Source: an uncultured virus (IMG/VR IMGVR_UViG_3300042297_000490) (lineage: Duplodnaviria > Heunggongvirae > Uroviricota > Caudoviricetes). Taken from it: a DNA stretch of 64,000 nucleotides. Numbering within the stretch: the first letter of the stretch is position 1; each line of letters opens with the position of its first letter. Both the position numbers and the translations under genes were made by a program. Shown here in pieces: positions 11,517 through 22,212 of the stretch. Under the pieces are notes generated by a model. That model ran no database searches. It worked only from the letters and a program-made list of their open reading frames with translations, and was not told the origin of the DNA. Location of the stretch: the IMG/VR virus record IMGVR_UViG_3300042297_000490; one strand, given 5' to 3'.

Positions 11517-12855
11517 TTATTTTTAAGTATTTATTAGTTGTAACTTCAACTTTACATTTAGCTCTAGTGATTGCTGTGTAGAACCATTTAGCATAATCCC
11601 ATACAGGCATTAACCATTCAGCATCGATGTAAACATTATCCCATTCTTGTCCTTGTGCTTTATGACAACTGATTGCATAACCATAAGTGGAAACGATAAT
11701 GTTTTTCTGCAACATCTTTTTCTTATTACCAAACTTATCTTTCCATTCACTTATTAATAATTTGTACAGATGTAATGGAAGTGTGCTGTGACCTCTATCA
11801 AATGATTTGATGATGGTTGGTCCTTGTAACGATGGTTCTTCTAACTCTGGTATCAATAACGTAGTACGCTCTCCTTCTGTGTAAATTAAAGCACGATATG
11901 TTTTGTAACCATCTTCTTCGCGTTTATGTTCAACAGTGATAGTAAACTCGTGCATTAGTTTTGCGTTCTCTAACACATATATTTCCCCATTGGAAAACAA
12001 TGCACTATTGCTTACACTAACTAATTTGTCATTGTTCATAGCATAGTTTAAATCATTTCCATTAAGTTTGAAACGAGCAGAACGAATTTTTCTGTTATAG
12101 GTTACACGTTTAGCATTAGTGGATGTCAATACAACGTAGCTTGATGCACTTTTGATGTCTTTAATCAATGATGTTGTAAACTTATCTGCTATGATTAAGT
12201 CATTGTTATCGATTGCATCGAATGCTGGTTCTTTACTTGTACGCATTTCTGTTGCGATTTTAAGCAAATTCCCATCATATCTTTTAACTTCGGTAAGTTC
12301 ATACTTATTCTCTACTAAAAAGTCTTCAGGATAAGAATTTTCCCAATCAAAGATGAAAGGGTTTTCTCCTACTGGTTCTAGCTGAAAGCTATCTCCCATG
12401 AATATGATTTTACAACGACCTTCTTTAGCACGCTTCATAATTACTTCAAGAACGTACTTGTCAATCATGGAGCATTCATCAATGATATAAGTTTTATTAG
12501 GCCTTAATCCACCTTTTTCAAAAAACTTTCCCTTCTTTTCTCCAGGTGAAAACAACACTCTGTGTATTGTAGAGAATTGGGTGAATGAACTTCCTGTATT
12601 AATTTTTTCTTTTAACCTGTTTACTGCTGCATTTGTTGGAGCCATTAGGTCTGCTTTTGCATACGTTGCAATATTTTCAGCAATGGTTGTTTTACCACAT
12701 CCTGAATAACCTGCAAGTAAAAAGAAATTGTCACTACCACGAAGAAACTCTTCTACTTTTTCAAGAGCTGTTCTTTGACCAGGGGTGTATTCTATTTGCA
12801 CACGACGTGTGTCAAAAATTGTATTGCTCATAGATTTAAGATAAAGCCGCACCAA
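11506..12855 (-). CDS. SF1B helicase (Dda/RecD-like)
   Basis: Walker A GYSGCGKT, IIDECSM, GDSFQLEPV, YAISCHKAQGQEW, YTAITRA; probable start at the second Met (MSNTIF). Confidence 0.9.
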   Translation of the reverse strand: MVRLYLKSMSNTIFDTRRVQIEYTPGQRTALEKVEEFLRGSDNFFLLAGYSGCGKTTIAENIATYAKADLMAPTNAAVNRLKEKINTGSSFTQFSTIHRVLFSPGEKKGKFFEKGGLRPNKTYIIDECSMIDKYVLEVIMKRAKEGRCKIIFMGDSFQLEPVGENPFIFDWENSYPEDFLVENKYELTEVKRYDGNLLKIATEMRTSKEPAFDAIDNNDLIIADKFTTSLIKDIKSASSYVVLTSTNAKRVTYNRKIRSARFKLNGNDLNYAMNNDKLVSVSNSALFSNGEIYVLENAKLMHEFTITVEHKREEDGYKTYRALIYTEGERTTLLIPELEEPSLQGPTIIKSFDRGHSTLPLHLYKLLISEWKDKFGNKKKMLQKNIIVSTYGYAISCHKAQGQEWDNVYIDAEWLMPVWDYAKWFYTAITRAKCKVEVTTNKYLKINEL

Positions 12856-12877
12856 TTAAGATGCGGCTGGTAAATAA

Positions 12878-14581
12878 TTATAGTACAAAAGTTTCGTGTG
12901 AATCTAATTCAACGATGGTGTACTGTTCTGTTTCAGTAATTTGTAAGTTACCTTGATTAGGATCACCTTTATAGAAACGCTCAATGAACTCTCCAATTTT
13001 AGGGTTCTTAACTGTTTTTGCTACAGGTATAACTACAGGTTCAGGTTCTTCATCAAAATTGAAATCTTCTTCTAAATCAAACAAATCTTCTATGTGTAGT
13101 TCTTTTGCTGGTTCAGGCATAACTGAATCTTCTTCATCTGCAATCATTGCATTACGCAATGCATTCATTTGTTCAGGAGTTTCAGTTGTTTGCCATGGTT
13201 CTTCTTCTTCCATTGAAAATTCATCTTCAATAGGTTTTGCTGTAGGAAGAACTATTTCGTCAACTTCTACGAATGAATCTGATGTATCTTCATTTAAGAA
13301 CATATCGTTCAATTCATCTACTTCTTCTTCAAAAACTTGTTCTGGTTCTTCTTCAATGATTTCTTCGTCATTAATAGCTAATCCTGTATCTTCTTCGTGA
13401 CCACAATTATCACAAATCATTTGAGCAGATGCATTAAAGATTACATCTTCTGAACCACAGTTATCACATGTTGCTTCACAACCAATTGGAGGAAAATCTG
13501 TAGGTGTATCTTTTTTGTCAATTGAATCAAAGAATGATACAGCTGGTTGAGCTTTTTCAATAAGAACTTCATCAATTTCTTGGAGTTCTTCAGACTTTTC
13601 TTCTACAGGAATTATTTCTAAAGTTACCTCACCTTCAACTAATGGATTTTCTTCATCAAAAGGTTTTCCGTATTGACCATCTTCCAATGGAAATTCTCTT
13701 ACGCCTACTGTTTCCAATGGATAAGCATATTCAGATTCAATCATTTCAATTTGCTCATCCGTCATTGTTAACGATACTTGCATTTCTGGTTCATCTTCAG
13801 CTACAAAGTTATCTCCATCACGATTGTCTTCATGTGCAATATTGTACAAGATTTGAACGTAGTTGTTGATTTTAATTTGCTGTTGATACCATTGGTTTGG
13901 CGATTGATCTACAATAGCAAACATAATTGTTTTGTACAAACTCCACAATGTTCCTGGATGATTACATTTAAACGAAGGTTTATCGTATTCACGTTTTACA
14001 ATGTTTATTTGCTCTGAACTGATTGCCTGTTTATCAAAATAAAGTAAACCCATAAGTTTAGCGTAGTCTTTTCTTGACACGTCTATGCTTGCAAATTTTT
14101 CTTTCATTTCAATAATCTTATCGAAATGTTCTTCAGCTTGTTCAATCATTTGTTCAATCACTTCAGTTGTTTCACTTAATGCAGTTCCTTTGTGTAGTCG
14201 ATTGTATCTTGATTTAGAATCAGATGATACAAACGGTACTTTGCTGTCGTAGATAAATCCACCAATAGCACATGAGAATTTCAATTTTTTGTTGTAGGAA
14301 TTGGTCCAGTTGAATGTCATTCCCATGTCTGGATCTTTTGAATTTTCCAGTTGCATGAAAGCCATTGCTTCCTGTCCTTTGTTCTCACCTTTATATAGTT
14401 CTTCTGTTACAACGAACCCTTTTAACGCAAGCATTTCTCTAACCTTATCGATTATGTAACCATGTCCGATTACAGCATACGTCTTTGTTTCTTCTGGCAA
14501 TTTAATTGCTCTTAAAAATTCTTCTGTTTTTGTTCTATTCTGCATAAAAATCTTGCATTGCTTGTGAATACTCCGGATCAA
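12878..14581 (-). CDS. DUF932-like N-terminal domain plus long acidic tail with Zn ribbon
   Basis: N-terminal NSYNKK...TLWSLY pattern recalls DUF932; CDNC-x14-CDNC; Glu/Asp-rich C-terminal half. Confidence 0.5.
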   Translation of the reverse strand: MIRSIHKQCKIFMQNRTKTEEFLRAIKLPEETKTYAVIGHGYIIDKVREMLALKGFVVTEELYKGENKGQEAMAFMQLENSKDPDMGMTFNWTNSYNKKLKFSCAIGGFIYDSKVPFVSSDSKSRYNRLHKGTALSETTEVIEQMIEQAEEHFDKIIEMKEKFASIDVSRKDYAKLMGLLYFDKQAISSEQINIVKREYDKPSFKCNHPGTLWSLYKTIMFAIVDQSPNQWYQQQIKINNYVQILYNIAHEDNRDGDNFVAEDEPEMQVSLTMTDEQIEMIESEYAYPLETVGVREFPLEDGQYGKPFDEENPLVEGEVTLEIIPVEEKSEELQEIDEVLIEKAQPAVSFFDSIDKKDTPTDFPPIGCEATCDNCGSEDVIFNASAQMICDNCGHEEDTGLAINDEEIIEEEPEQVFEEEVDELNDMFLNEDTSDSFVEVDEIVLPTAKPIEDEFSMEEEEPWQTTETPEQMNALRNAMIADEEDSVMPEPAKELHIEDLFDLEEDFNFDEEPEPVVIPVAKTVKNPKIGEFIERFYKGDPNQGNLQITETEQYTIVELDSHETFVL

Positions 14582-16619
14582 TATTTTTGATCTCTTTTCT
14601 TATTTTTTTGATATAGAATTTATAGTCAACATCATAGTCTTCAAATTGTTTTTTTGGATCTACTCTGTTTACTAATTGTTCCATGCATTTATCTGCTTCC
14701 AGCTTGATGGATTTTACTTGTAACAGTATAGGTGTATTTGACCATACCGTTTGTTCTGAAAATAAATCTTCTGTTGTAGGTTTAACTGGAACACCCCATT
14801 CTTCTTTTAACTTTCGAAGTTTGCATCCTTGTGTGGATACATAATATCGAAGTGTTTTTGGAAGTTTGTTGTCCAATATGGAACCATCTTCTAAACAAGT
14901 TGCTACAAATTTCCATTCACCTTTTGCTCTAACACCTGCACAGTAATCATATATACTCTTGTTTTGTGCAATTGTAACTTCTGGTTGTGTACCATGTACA
15001 AAATAATTATAGAATGCCAATCGGTTAATTCTGTAACTTTTATTTTTGTGCAGTGGTTTATCAACCTCAAATCTACCTTTGCATTTTACACCAAAGTATT
15101 TAAACTTTCCATCACGCGTTCTTTTAATTAATGGTTTTGGAATCTCTTGAATCCTTTCTAAAGCAGTGGCTTCATCAATTTCCTTACCTTCATAAATACC
15201 GATGTAGTTATTAATGTCAGGTGTAATTAATTTTTGATAGTTTTCATACTCAAGATTAAGCATTGTTAGTTCTTCCCATTCTTCGCATAGCTGTGTGTAC
15301 AAGCCTTCATATTCTCTTGGAATGATAATCTCTGCACCATCTGTATTAATCATTACAGGACGTGCTCCAGGAATAGTTTCGCATATCTTTTCCATTAATA
15401 GGATAAGTAGTAGCTGACCATTTACTGTAATACGCATAGTGAACATGGAATCCTTTAGGAATGAGTTTTCTTCATTCGATAAACCATACGTTGCATTCAA
15501 CAAAATTTTATACACATAGTTCAATGGATCTTTTTTGCTGTACAATTTCCTGTCTTCAAAGAATCCTTCATAGATTTCACAGAACAATTCTTTTGGAATA
15601 TGCGCTGGAGCCCACTTGTTTCTAATAGCAAGGTTAGGGTAGTACGATGTAACGTCAAAGGACTTTATAATAAAGTCTTTATCTGATTTGTATATACCTT
15701 TCTTTGCACCATGAATTCCACCTAATGCAAATGTAATTGGCATACCACGATAGATAACGTCATGATTGAATGAACCTTTTAGATTTTCACCATCCAGAAC
15801 TAATGACTTAAATTTTCGCAATGTTTCTTTAAATACAGGTGTTTCAAAAGCAATGTATGGTAAGATGACTTCTTTCAAAGCTAACTTCTTTCTATACGTT
15901 CTCTTTTTATTAAGGTCGTATTCAGGCACACCCATTCTTTCAGCTAACAGTTTCAGGAAAATCTTCTTTGCTAACTTTGGTTCAGACGCATTGTGTAGGT
16001 CTAACTTAAAGTGTTTCGATAAGTTTCCACGTAAAAGAATCTCTGATTTGTTTTTGATAAACAATTCTCTGGTAGATAAGCAGTCATTTATACAATACGC
16101 TTTCAATAACAATATGTCTTTTTGATCGTGCATTTCTGTATGACTTTTGGCCATGTCTTCTACGTTGTACCAATCCATACTATATTGCAACCATTTTAAC
16201 GATGACCTTTTTGCAGGGTTATCATAGTTGTTAATAGCAAGGATGTCACATTCTCTAAACGGATTATCTTTTGGATGGAACATTGGAAATTCATGTATGT
16301 TACTACGACGAATGACTTCCTGTGCTATTTGATAAATAGCCAACGAAGAACCAGCAAAACCGGGTAACCGGTTGCTGTATCCTTCTGTTAGTATATATCT
16401 TGAAATTTGACTGTCAAATTTTAATCCATTGTAAGATACGAGCAATGTTTTATTTTTTATGCATGATTGCAAGAAGCCCATGTATTCAGGCATCTGATCT
16501 TCATACTGACTAACTTCAAATGAAACTATGTCATTTGGATTCTGCACGTTGATAAACACTGCAAGAAAACAATTAACTGTTGTTTCATAATCATATACGT
16601 ATCCTTTGGCTAATGTCAT
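14535..16619 (-). CDS. polB: Family B DNA polymerase with 3'-5' exonuclease
   Basis: ExoI YDYET, ExoII YNGLKFD, ExoIII YCIND; motif A FDVTSYYP, motif B KILLNATYG, motif C NTDG. Confidence 0.92.
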   Translation of the reverse strand: MTLAKGYVYDYETTVNCFLAVFINVQNPNDIVSFEVSQYEDQMPEYMGFLQSCIKNKTLLVSYNGLKFDSQISRYILTEGYSNRLPGFAGSSLAIYQIAQEVIRRSNIHEFPMFHPKDNPFRECDILAINNYDNPAKRSSLKWLQYSMDWYNVEDMAKSHTEMHDQKDILLLKAYCINDCLSTRELFIKNKSEILLRGNLSKHFKLDLHNASEPKLAKKIFLKLLAERMGVPEYDLNKKRTYRKKLALKEVILPYIAFETPVFKETLRKFKSLVLDGENLKGSFNHDVIYRGMPITFALGGIHGAKKGIYKSDKDFIIKSFDVTSYYPNLAIRNKWAPAHIPKELFCEIYEGFFEDRKLYSKKDPLNYVYKILLNATYGLSNEENSFLKDSMFTMRITVNGQLLLILLMEKICETIPGARPVMINTDGAEIIIPREYEGLYTQLCEEWEELTMLNLEYENYQKLITPDINNYIGIYEGKEIDEATALERIQEIPKPLIKRTRDGKFKYFGVKCKGRFEVDKPLHKNKSYRINRLAFYNYFVHGTQPEVTIAQNKSIYDYCAGVRAKGEWKFVATCLEDGSILDNKLPKTLRYYVSTQGCKLRKLKEEWGVPVKPTTEDLFSEQTVWSNTPILLQVKSIKLEADKCMEQLVNRVDPKKQFEDYDVDYKFYIKKIRKEIKNIDPEYSQAMQDFYAE

Positions 16620-16620
16620 T

Positions 16621-17184
16621 TTAACATGGTGCTAATCCGAAAAACACATAACTTCCTCTGTCTTCTTTTGGACTTGATTTATAATTTATTCTTGCTACTT
16701 GACTACTTCCTGAATCTTTAGCAAGCCTTCTTTCTATTCTAACAACAGTTGTTTCGCCTGTTTCTTCAGTGTAAGTTCTGGCTCTTTTTACAGCTTCTGC
16801 TTTATTGTCAGATCCTTTTCCAACCCATGAATCGCTTGGCGTTGATGGTATGTATAACAATTCCCATTTGCGAGTTCCTTTAAATACAGCATGCTCAACA
16901 ACAGACTTAACTTTGTTTGCATTTCCTACAGGTTCTTTGTAACAAATACCCCAGGCATCACCACCTTTTCCATCAGCATCTTCATTTTTGTTGATGTAAT
17001 CTTCAAGTTTTAATTTGCTTGCTTTCCATGCATTTGTTTTATCAGCAAATCCATTTGAACAATTTATCTCACCTGAATAACCTTCTTGGTGACCATACTC
17101 ATCATCTGCATTTTCAACACATTGTTTGTATGCTTCATTCATGTTTTTAGCACGTGCGTAATTTGTATAATTGCTTGCTCCCAT
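16621..17184 (-). CDS. Hypothetical protein
   Basis: 187-aa ORF in operon. Confidence 0.6.
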   Translation of the reverse strand: MGASNYTNYARAKNMNEAYKQCVENADDEYGHQEGYSGEINCSNGFADKTNAWKASKLKLEDYINKNEDADGKGGDAWGICYKEPVGNANKVKSVVEHAVFKGTRKWELLYIPSTPSDSWVGKGSDNKAEAVKRARTYTEETGETTVVRIERRLAKDSGSSQVARINYKSSPKEDRGSYVFFGLAPC

Positions 17185-17612
17185 TATTTTATAATTTTAG
17201 TATTAATTAATTTCTCTGCTAATCGTTGACTCTCCCAATCTTGAGAGCGTAACATTCCTTGTAACTTTTGCAGTTCATTGTTGCTAATCCAATCTTTTTT
17301 GTAAAATACATCAAGTAGATTTAATAACATCGATGAAACTTTTGCTTGAAGTTGTTCTTGATTTTGAATATACTCATATCCTTTGTTTACCTTGGATTGA
17401 ATAAGTTTATCATAAATTTGTTTTGCTTTTTGATATGTTGTTGGCGTTGGTGTTTTAGTGCCTTCAACAAGATGATTTCCTCTTCTACCATATTCGAAAT
17501 CAACTATCCATTTTTGTTCGTTTGGATCTGATAATTCGAGTTTGACATTATAAACCTTGTCTGATCTATTGTCGTTATACCATAAATTCACTATGTTAAC
17601 TACTGAACTCAT
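17184..17612 (-). CDS. WGR-domain protein with C-terminal helical motif
   Basis: SDKVY...YGRRG...KLIQSKVNKGY is a WGR-domain signature. Confidence 0.75.
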   Translation of the reverse strand: MSSVVNIVNLWYNDNRSDKVYNVKLELSDPNEQKWIVDFEYGRRGNHLVEGTKTPTPTTYQKAKQIYDKLIQSKVNKGYEYIQNQEQLQAKVSSMLLNLLDVFYKKDWISNNELQKLQGMLRSQDWESQRLAEKLINTKIIK

Positions 17613-17624
17613 ACGCGTGTTAAT

Positions 17625-17660
17625 AAAAAAGTGCGAGATTCAAGTAGAACCTCGCACTTT
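17625..17660 (-). terminator. Intrinsic terminator-like hairpin
   Basis: AAAAGTGCGAG...CTCGCACTTTT inverted repeat with T-run on the minus strand, after ORF 17677-18057. Confidence 0.65.
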
Positions 17661-17676
17661 CAAGATGTTAATTTTA

Positions 17677-18057
17677 TTATTTTTTCTTTGTGAAATTTGC
17701 AATTTTAAAACCTTCTGCATTTACTGCAAATAAGTTTATGAAAGCAATGATTTCTTTTTCATCTGAAAGATAGTATTCGTAAAAAGTTTTAATCTGTTTA
17801 CGCTCTTCTTTGTATAGATTACGACCATCAACTCTACGTTTTGCAGGAACTGTATCACCATTGTCATCCAGTCTTGGAAAGAAATGGAATGTATCCTTTT
17901 GCGTTTTAGTAATGATTGCTAACTGCTTTGTCTGTGGTGTATAAACACACTCCACGTATGGACAGTTATCAGTTACAGCGATTAAGCTAAATGTTGGTTC
18001 TCCCATGTGTAGTTGAGAAACAATCATCATGTTTTTTTGTTGGTTTACTTCTGACAT
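17677..18057 (-). CDS. Hypothetical protein
   Basis: 126-aa ORF with its own promoter-like element and terminator. Confidence 0.65.
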   Translation of the reverse strand: MSEVNQQKNMMIVSQLHMGEPTFSLIAVTDNCPYVECVYTPQTKQLAIITKTQKDTFHFFPRLDDNGDTVPAKRRVDGRNLYKEERKQIKTFYEYYLSDEKEIIAFINLFAVNAEGFKIANFTKKK

Positions 18058-18075
18058 AATTAATTATTTATTTGG

Positions 18076-19191
18076 CTACAAAGATATTAAATTGTTTGCA
18101 AATTCGTATGGTAAAGTGAAGTCTTGTTTTGCAATATGATAATCAACTTTTACATTAATTAATTCTTTCAAGTTTTCATTCCACATTGCTGACGATTCTT
18201 CAGATACAGGGAAACAATACACGTCATTGTTTCTGTCAACAACAATGAAATGAAACACTACTTTGTAATCAAATGCAGCTCCAACAGTTAATGATTGTGC
18301 TAATCGATTATAGATAGCTTCTTGCAACCAGTAGTTGAATTTTTCTGAAGATGTTACAAAATCTTTCAATGTACCATTGGTTGTTTTAACATCACTTACG
18401 TAAATCGTTTTTGTTTCACGATCAACTTTGATTACATCCAGAACACCTTTAATTTGGTATTTTAATTCTGCTGGTTTATCCGACAACTCTAATTCAAATC
18501 TGATTTCATCAGTTGATTTAGTTGCGTTCAATAAGAAACGAGCATGTAGGTTGCTGTTAATTGCTTCTGCTTTTTCCAAACATTTTTGCCAAGAAGCTGA
18601 ATCAACAATTGTTTTTTCACGTGCTTCAACCATCAATCTAAAATACTCTCTGGTGTTATCAGTAACAATTTTTGCTACTCTTTTCTCATCTCCTGTAAAC
18701 ATAAACCCTTCTTTGTTAGGTTTTTTGTCATCAACAAGTGCTTGGTGAAGATTAATTTCTTGCAGAAATTCTACGATTTCAGGAAAATATTCTTCCAGTT
18801 CAGTTGCACTTCTTTCTAAAGCGAGTAAGTAATCAATACAATCTTTTGTTTTATCTGATGGTGCAGCAACACCCATGTTTACAAAGTTTTCTTGTACGTG
18901 TTCTGGTTCCAATACAAAGGCGTGAACCAATGAACCTTCATCAAAGTGTTTACCACGCTTCTCTTCTTTGTTTCCAAGAACGTAACGCTCAAAATAATAT
19001 TTTGGGCTGTCTAATAACAACTTGATTGCACTAGCACTTAATTTTAATTCATCCAGGTTTTCATAAAATGATGCCTGGTTTACTTGTTCAACTTCATTTA
19101 GTTGTCTTTCCATATTACTTCTTTTTTGGTTTAAGTTTAAATTCAAAATGACTGCTTTGTTGTTGTGATGAGATATAATAGTTATCAGCAA
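18076..19191 (-). CDS. PD-(D/E)XK exonuclease (RecE/Exo VIII, DUF3799-like)
   Basis: LSASAIK, GSLVHAFVLEP, KGVLD...DVKTT, YWLQEAIY; probable start MERQL at about 19113. Confidence 0.8.
   Translation of the reverse strand: MLITIISHHNNKAVILNLNLNQKRSNMERQLNEVEQVNQASFYENLDELKLSASAIKLLLDSPKYYFERYVLGNKEEKRGKHFDEGSLVHAFVLEPEHVQENFVNMGVAAPSDKTKDCIDYLLALERSATELEEYFPEIVEFLQEINLHQALVDDKKPNKEGFMFTGDEKRVAKIVTDNTREYFRLMVEAREKTIVDSASWQKCLEKAEAINSNLHARFLLNATKSTDEIRFELELSDKPAELKYQIKGVLDVIKVDRETKTIYVSDVKTTNGTLKDFVTSSEKFNYWLQEAIYNRLAQSLTVGAAFDYKVVFHFIVVDRNNDVYCFPVSEESSAMWNENLKELINVKVDYHIAKQDFTLPYEFANNLISL
18079..18086 (-). promoter_or_regulatory. Bacteroidota-type -7 promoter element
   Basis: Minus strand TATCTTTG(TAGCC) matches TAnnTTTG, ~20 nt upstream of the ATG at 18057. 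Confidence 0.6.
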
Positions 19192-20116
19192 TAAATTCCA
19201 TATTATCGTTGGTTAATTTATTTAACCCACCTTGTTCAGAATTAATTGTTTCTACAATTTGATCTACTGTTAACATGTTGTGCATTGTAAACCATAATGA
19301 TACATTTGGTAACGGACTTTTCTTTTGGCGAACTAAACCAAGCCTTAAATGATTTATTAATAATGCTACATACATTAATGATTTACTAATATTACAACCA
19401 TCAATTAATTTTAACGCCATCCCTTCAGTTTCAGTTGATTCAAGTAATGCTCTTAATGTAAAGAATGATTTTTCATCTAGCACTTTTCGATTTGAGAAAT
19501 GAATTATTTCTTTAGGATGGATTAGGTTTACATCCGCATCTGATATGAAACAAGTTGCACTTGCAATCTTTCCAGGAATTTTCATGACCAAATGTTCCCA
19601 TGTTTCTGGTGTCGATACAACTGCAAATGCTGGCATGTAAACATAGTCACCTAATCCTAAATCACCATATTCATCAACTTCTCTTGATAATAGTTCGTAG
19701 ATCCTATTAATTTTTTTAGTTTGTTCCTGATTGTCACGCAACTTTGTTCCTTCTTTGGACAATACATCTAACAATTTTTCAATTGTTATAAATCGATATT
19801 GAGAAAAATCAGTTATTCCTACAATACGATGTCTTAATTTTTTTTCAAAAGATGGTTTGGTACATATAGCAGGTATATCATTGAAGCCATAATTTTTTGT
19901 AGCATAAATGACTTGATTTCCTAAATCAAACATTGCTTCTTTAACGTCTTCATCTATTTCTTTACTTGCACATTTACCTGTTCTTTGATTCTCCATGTAC
20001 ATCGCTATAAACGAATAACTTTTGAATCCAATTCCATTATTATTTAATACTGTTATCTTATCAACCCCAGAATAAAGTTCCTGGGGTAATAAGATTGCAT
20101 GATTGAATACTTTCAT
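19115..20116 (-). CDS. Hypothetical protein adjacent to MoxR ATPase
   Basis: 333-aa ORF. Confidence 0.6.
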   Translation of the reverse strand: MKVFNHAILLPQELYSGVDKITVLNNNGIGFKSYSFIAMYMENQRTGKCASKEIDEDVKEAMFDLGNQVIYATKNYGFNDIPAICTKPSFEKKLRHRIVGITDFSQYRFITIEKLLDVLSKEGTKLRDNQEQTKKINRIYELLSREVDEYGDLGLGDYVYMPAFAVVSTPETWEHLVMKIPGKIASATCFISDADVNLIHPKEIIHFSNRKVLDEKSFFTLRALLESTETEGMALKLIDGCNISKSLMYVALLINHLRLGLVRQKKSPLPNVSLWFTMHNMLTVDQIVETINSEQGGLNKLTNDNMEFIADNYYISSQQQSSHFEFKLKPKKK

Positions 20117-20119
20117 TTT

Positions 20120-21304
20120 TTAATCTAATATCATGTCAACAATATCAGCGTCAATCAACAATGAATTGTATTTGTTGTTTGAACTGATTACTTTTTTTGC
20201 AATTACAAATTTTAAATCTGCACCAAGTACATCGCTTGTAGTTAAGTCTTTAACTCTTTCCAAGAACTTTGTAGTGATTTCTTTGTCTGTAACATTAATC
20301 AACATGTGGTTAATCAAACGCGTTGTTAACACGTATCCTAAATCAGCACGATAATCCACGCCTTCTTTGACAAGTTCTTTAATTTTGTGTGCAATACCTT
20401 CGAACGGTTTTGTCAAGTCCAAGATCTCTTTAGGAGAAATCATTTTGTCCATCTTGTTATGGATGAATGACGTGAACATACTCGTTACTTCAGGACCTGC
20501 TGAACCTTCACCAATGATTTGAATCAATGGTAGTTGTTCGTTGAAATCAGGAATAGAAATCAATGAGTCGAAGAACTTAACAAGAACCCTTGGATTTACC
20601 TCTGGTGTTTCTGGTTTAATGATCTCTGGATTCATCAACATAAAGTTGATACATCTCTCATCAATACCATCTTTTGCAGCCCATGCAGCCCAAGGTTCAA
20701 CCTCAAATTTCATATCGATTGTAATGAATCTTGAACGTGCAGCAGCATCCATGTCAGTAACATTATATGTTCCATCATCAGGATTTTCTGTTAAGATTAC
20801 AGTCCAATTCTTTGGTAATTTCCATGAAATATATTCTTGATCATTGATAATTTCCATGATTGCTTGCATGAATCTTGGTTGAGCACGAGTGTAATCATCA
20901 AGAACTAATACACCACCTTCACCTTTACCTGCAATCCATGATGGTTTTGAGTAACCCATGCGTGAGTTGTTGGTTAATGTGTATCCTTGAGTTCTGAATT
21001 CAGTTATCACCGCTTCATCAATCCATTTACCTTTTCCTTCTGGTGTAGTCATCCAGTATTCTTTTACAGGAATACCAACTAAATCACCAAGTTCATCCAT
21101 TTGTCCAAGATTAATCTTTTCGAAATGTTTGATACCTAATTCTTCTTTTAATTCTTGAACAGAAGATGTTTTACCAAGTCCAGCCGGACCACATATAGAT
21201 ATTGCAACTGGTTTTTTACCACGCGCTTGCAAGTTTTTATTGTTTTCAATAATGTGTTTCAATGTTACTTTAATCTCGTCTGAATTTAATTTTAATCTGT
21301 CCAT
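20120..21304 (-). CDS. MoxR-like AAA+ ATPase
   Basis: GPAGLGKT, LVLDDYTRA, MDAAARSRF, NPR; paired with vWA gene. Confidence 0.85.
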   Translation of the reverse strand: MDRLKLNSDEIKVTLKHIIENNKNLQARGKKPVAISICGPAGLGKTSSVQELKEELGIKHFEKINLGQMDELGDLVGIPVKEYWMTTPEGKGKWIDEAVITEFRTQGYTLTNNSRMGYSKPSWIAGKGEGGVLVLDDYTRAQPRFMQAIMEIINDQEYISWKLPKNWTVILTENPDDGTYNVTDMDAAARSRFITIDMKFEVEPWAAWAAKDGIDERCINFMLMNPEIIKPETPEVNPRVLVKFFDSLISIPDFNEQLPLIQIIGEGSAGPEVTSMFTSFIHNKMDKMISPKEILDLTKPFEGIAHKIKELVKEGVDYRADLGYVLTTRLINHMLINVTDKEITTKFLERVKDLTTSDVLGADLKFVIAKKVISSNNKYNSLLIDADIVDMILD

Positions 21305-22210
21305 TTTTCTTGTTTATTAAGGTTTTTAATTTCAAAGTCTTTGCTTTCATACAAGTCACGTGAATCCCATTTACCTTGGGCTCTATAGTTAAATGTATTA
21401 CCGTAGATACGTATGACTTCTGTATCGTATCTCCATTCTGTTGGTATTCCTTCTTCAGTAACCAACTTACTTTTATTTTCACCAAAGGCTGTTTCTATAT
21501 ACAATTGAATGTGGTCAAACGACTCGTGTATTTGTAATACTGCCGATGCCTGTCTAATTGCTGCGATTGCATCATCTGATAATTCTAAATAAACTCCTAC
21601 AATTGTTTCAATGGAACCTTCTGGTTCGCATTCTGATTCAATATATATCACTTAAAAGTTTATGTGAATTAAGAAACTGATCTTTCTTTTTATAGTTGGG
21701 TATGTTTTTACCAACCATTTTGTAAAATCATCATCTGGTAATCCATCTATGTGACATTCAAGATACGTATGTATTTTAGGTCTTTTTAGTACTGGATGAT
21801 CGTGAAACTCTTTTGGAATTTCCATTAGAGTTATTACTGAACGTGTGATTGTTTTCATTTCTTTCTTTTTAGATTGTTCATAATCTTCAGTTCTGGAAGT
21901 ATTTTCTGAAATCATTTCAAAGACTTCTTTTGCAGTTAAACTACCTGAATGCTTGATGTAGATAGTTCTTGCAGGTTTCATGCTATTTTTTAAATTGTTC
22001 AAACCATTCTTCGGGTAATTCTAATTCTACTGTTTCATCTCTATTAAGTAAGTATAAATCTCTCTTATATAATAATTGCAATACTTCTTCCTCACTATAC
22101 ATTCTTTCTGCTTGGTATTTAGCACCTTCAATAAAATCATTGTAGTACCTGTTGTTGTTGTCCTCTACTATGTATTTTTCAGCAGCTTCTTCTAATGTTT
22201 CTTTTTCCAT
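21292..22210 (-). CDS. Three small hypothetical genes (21292-21651, 21652-22002, 21983-22210) between MoxR and vWA genes
   Basis: Coupled ORFs; the last begins KETLEEAAEKY. Confidence 0.55.
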
Positions 22211-22212
22211 GA

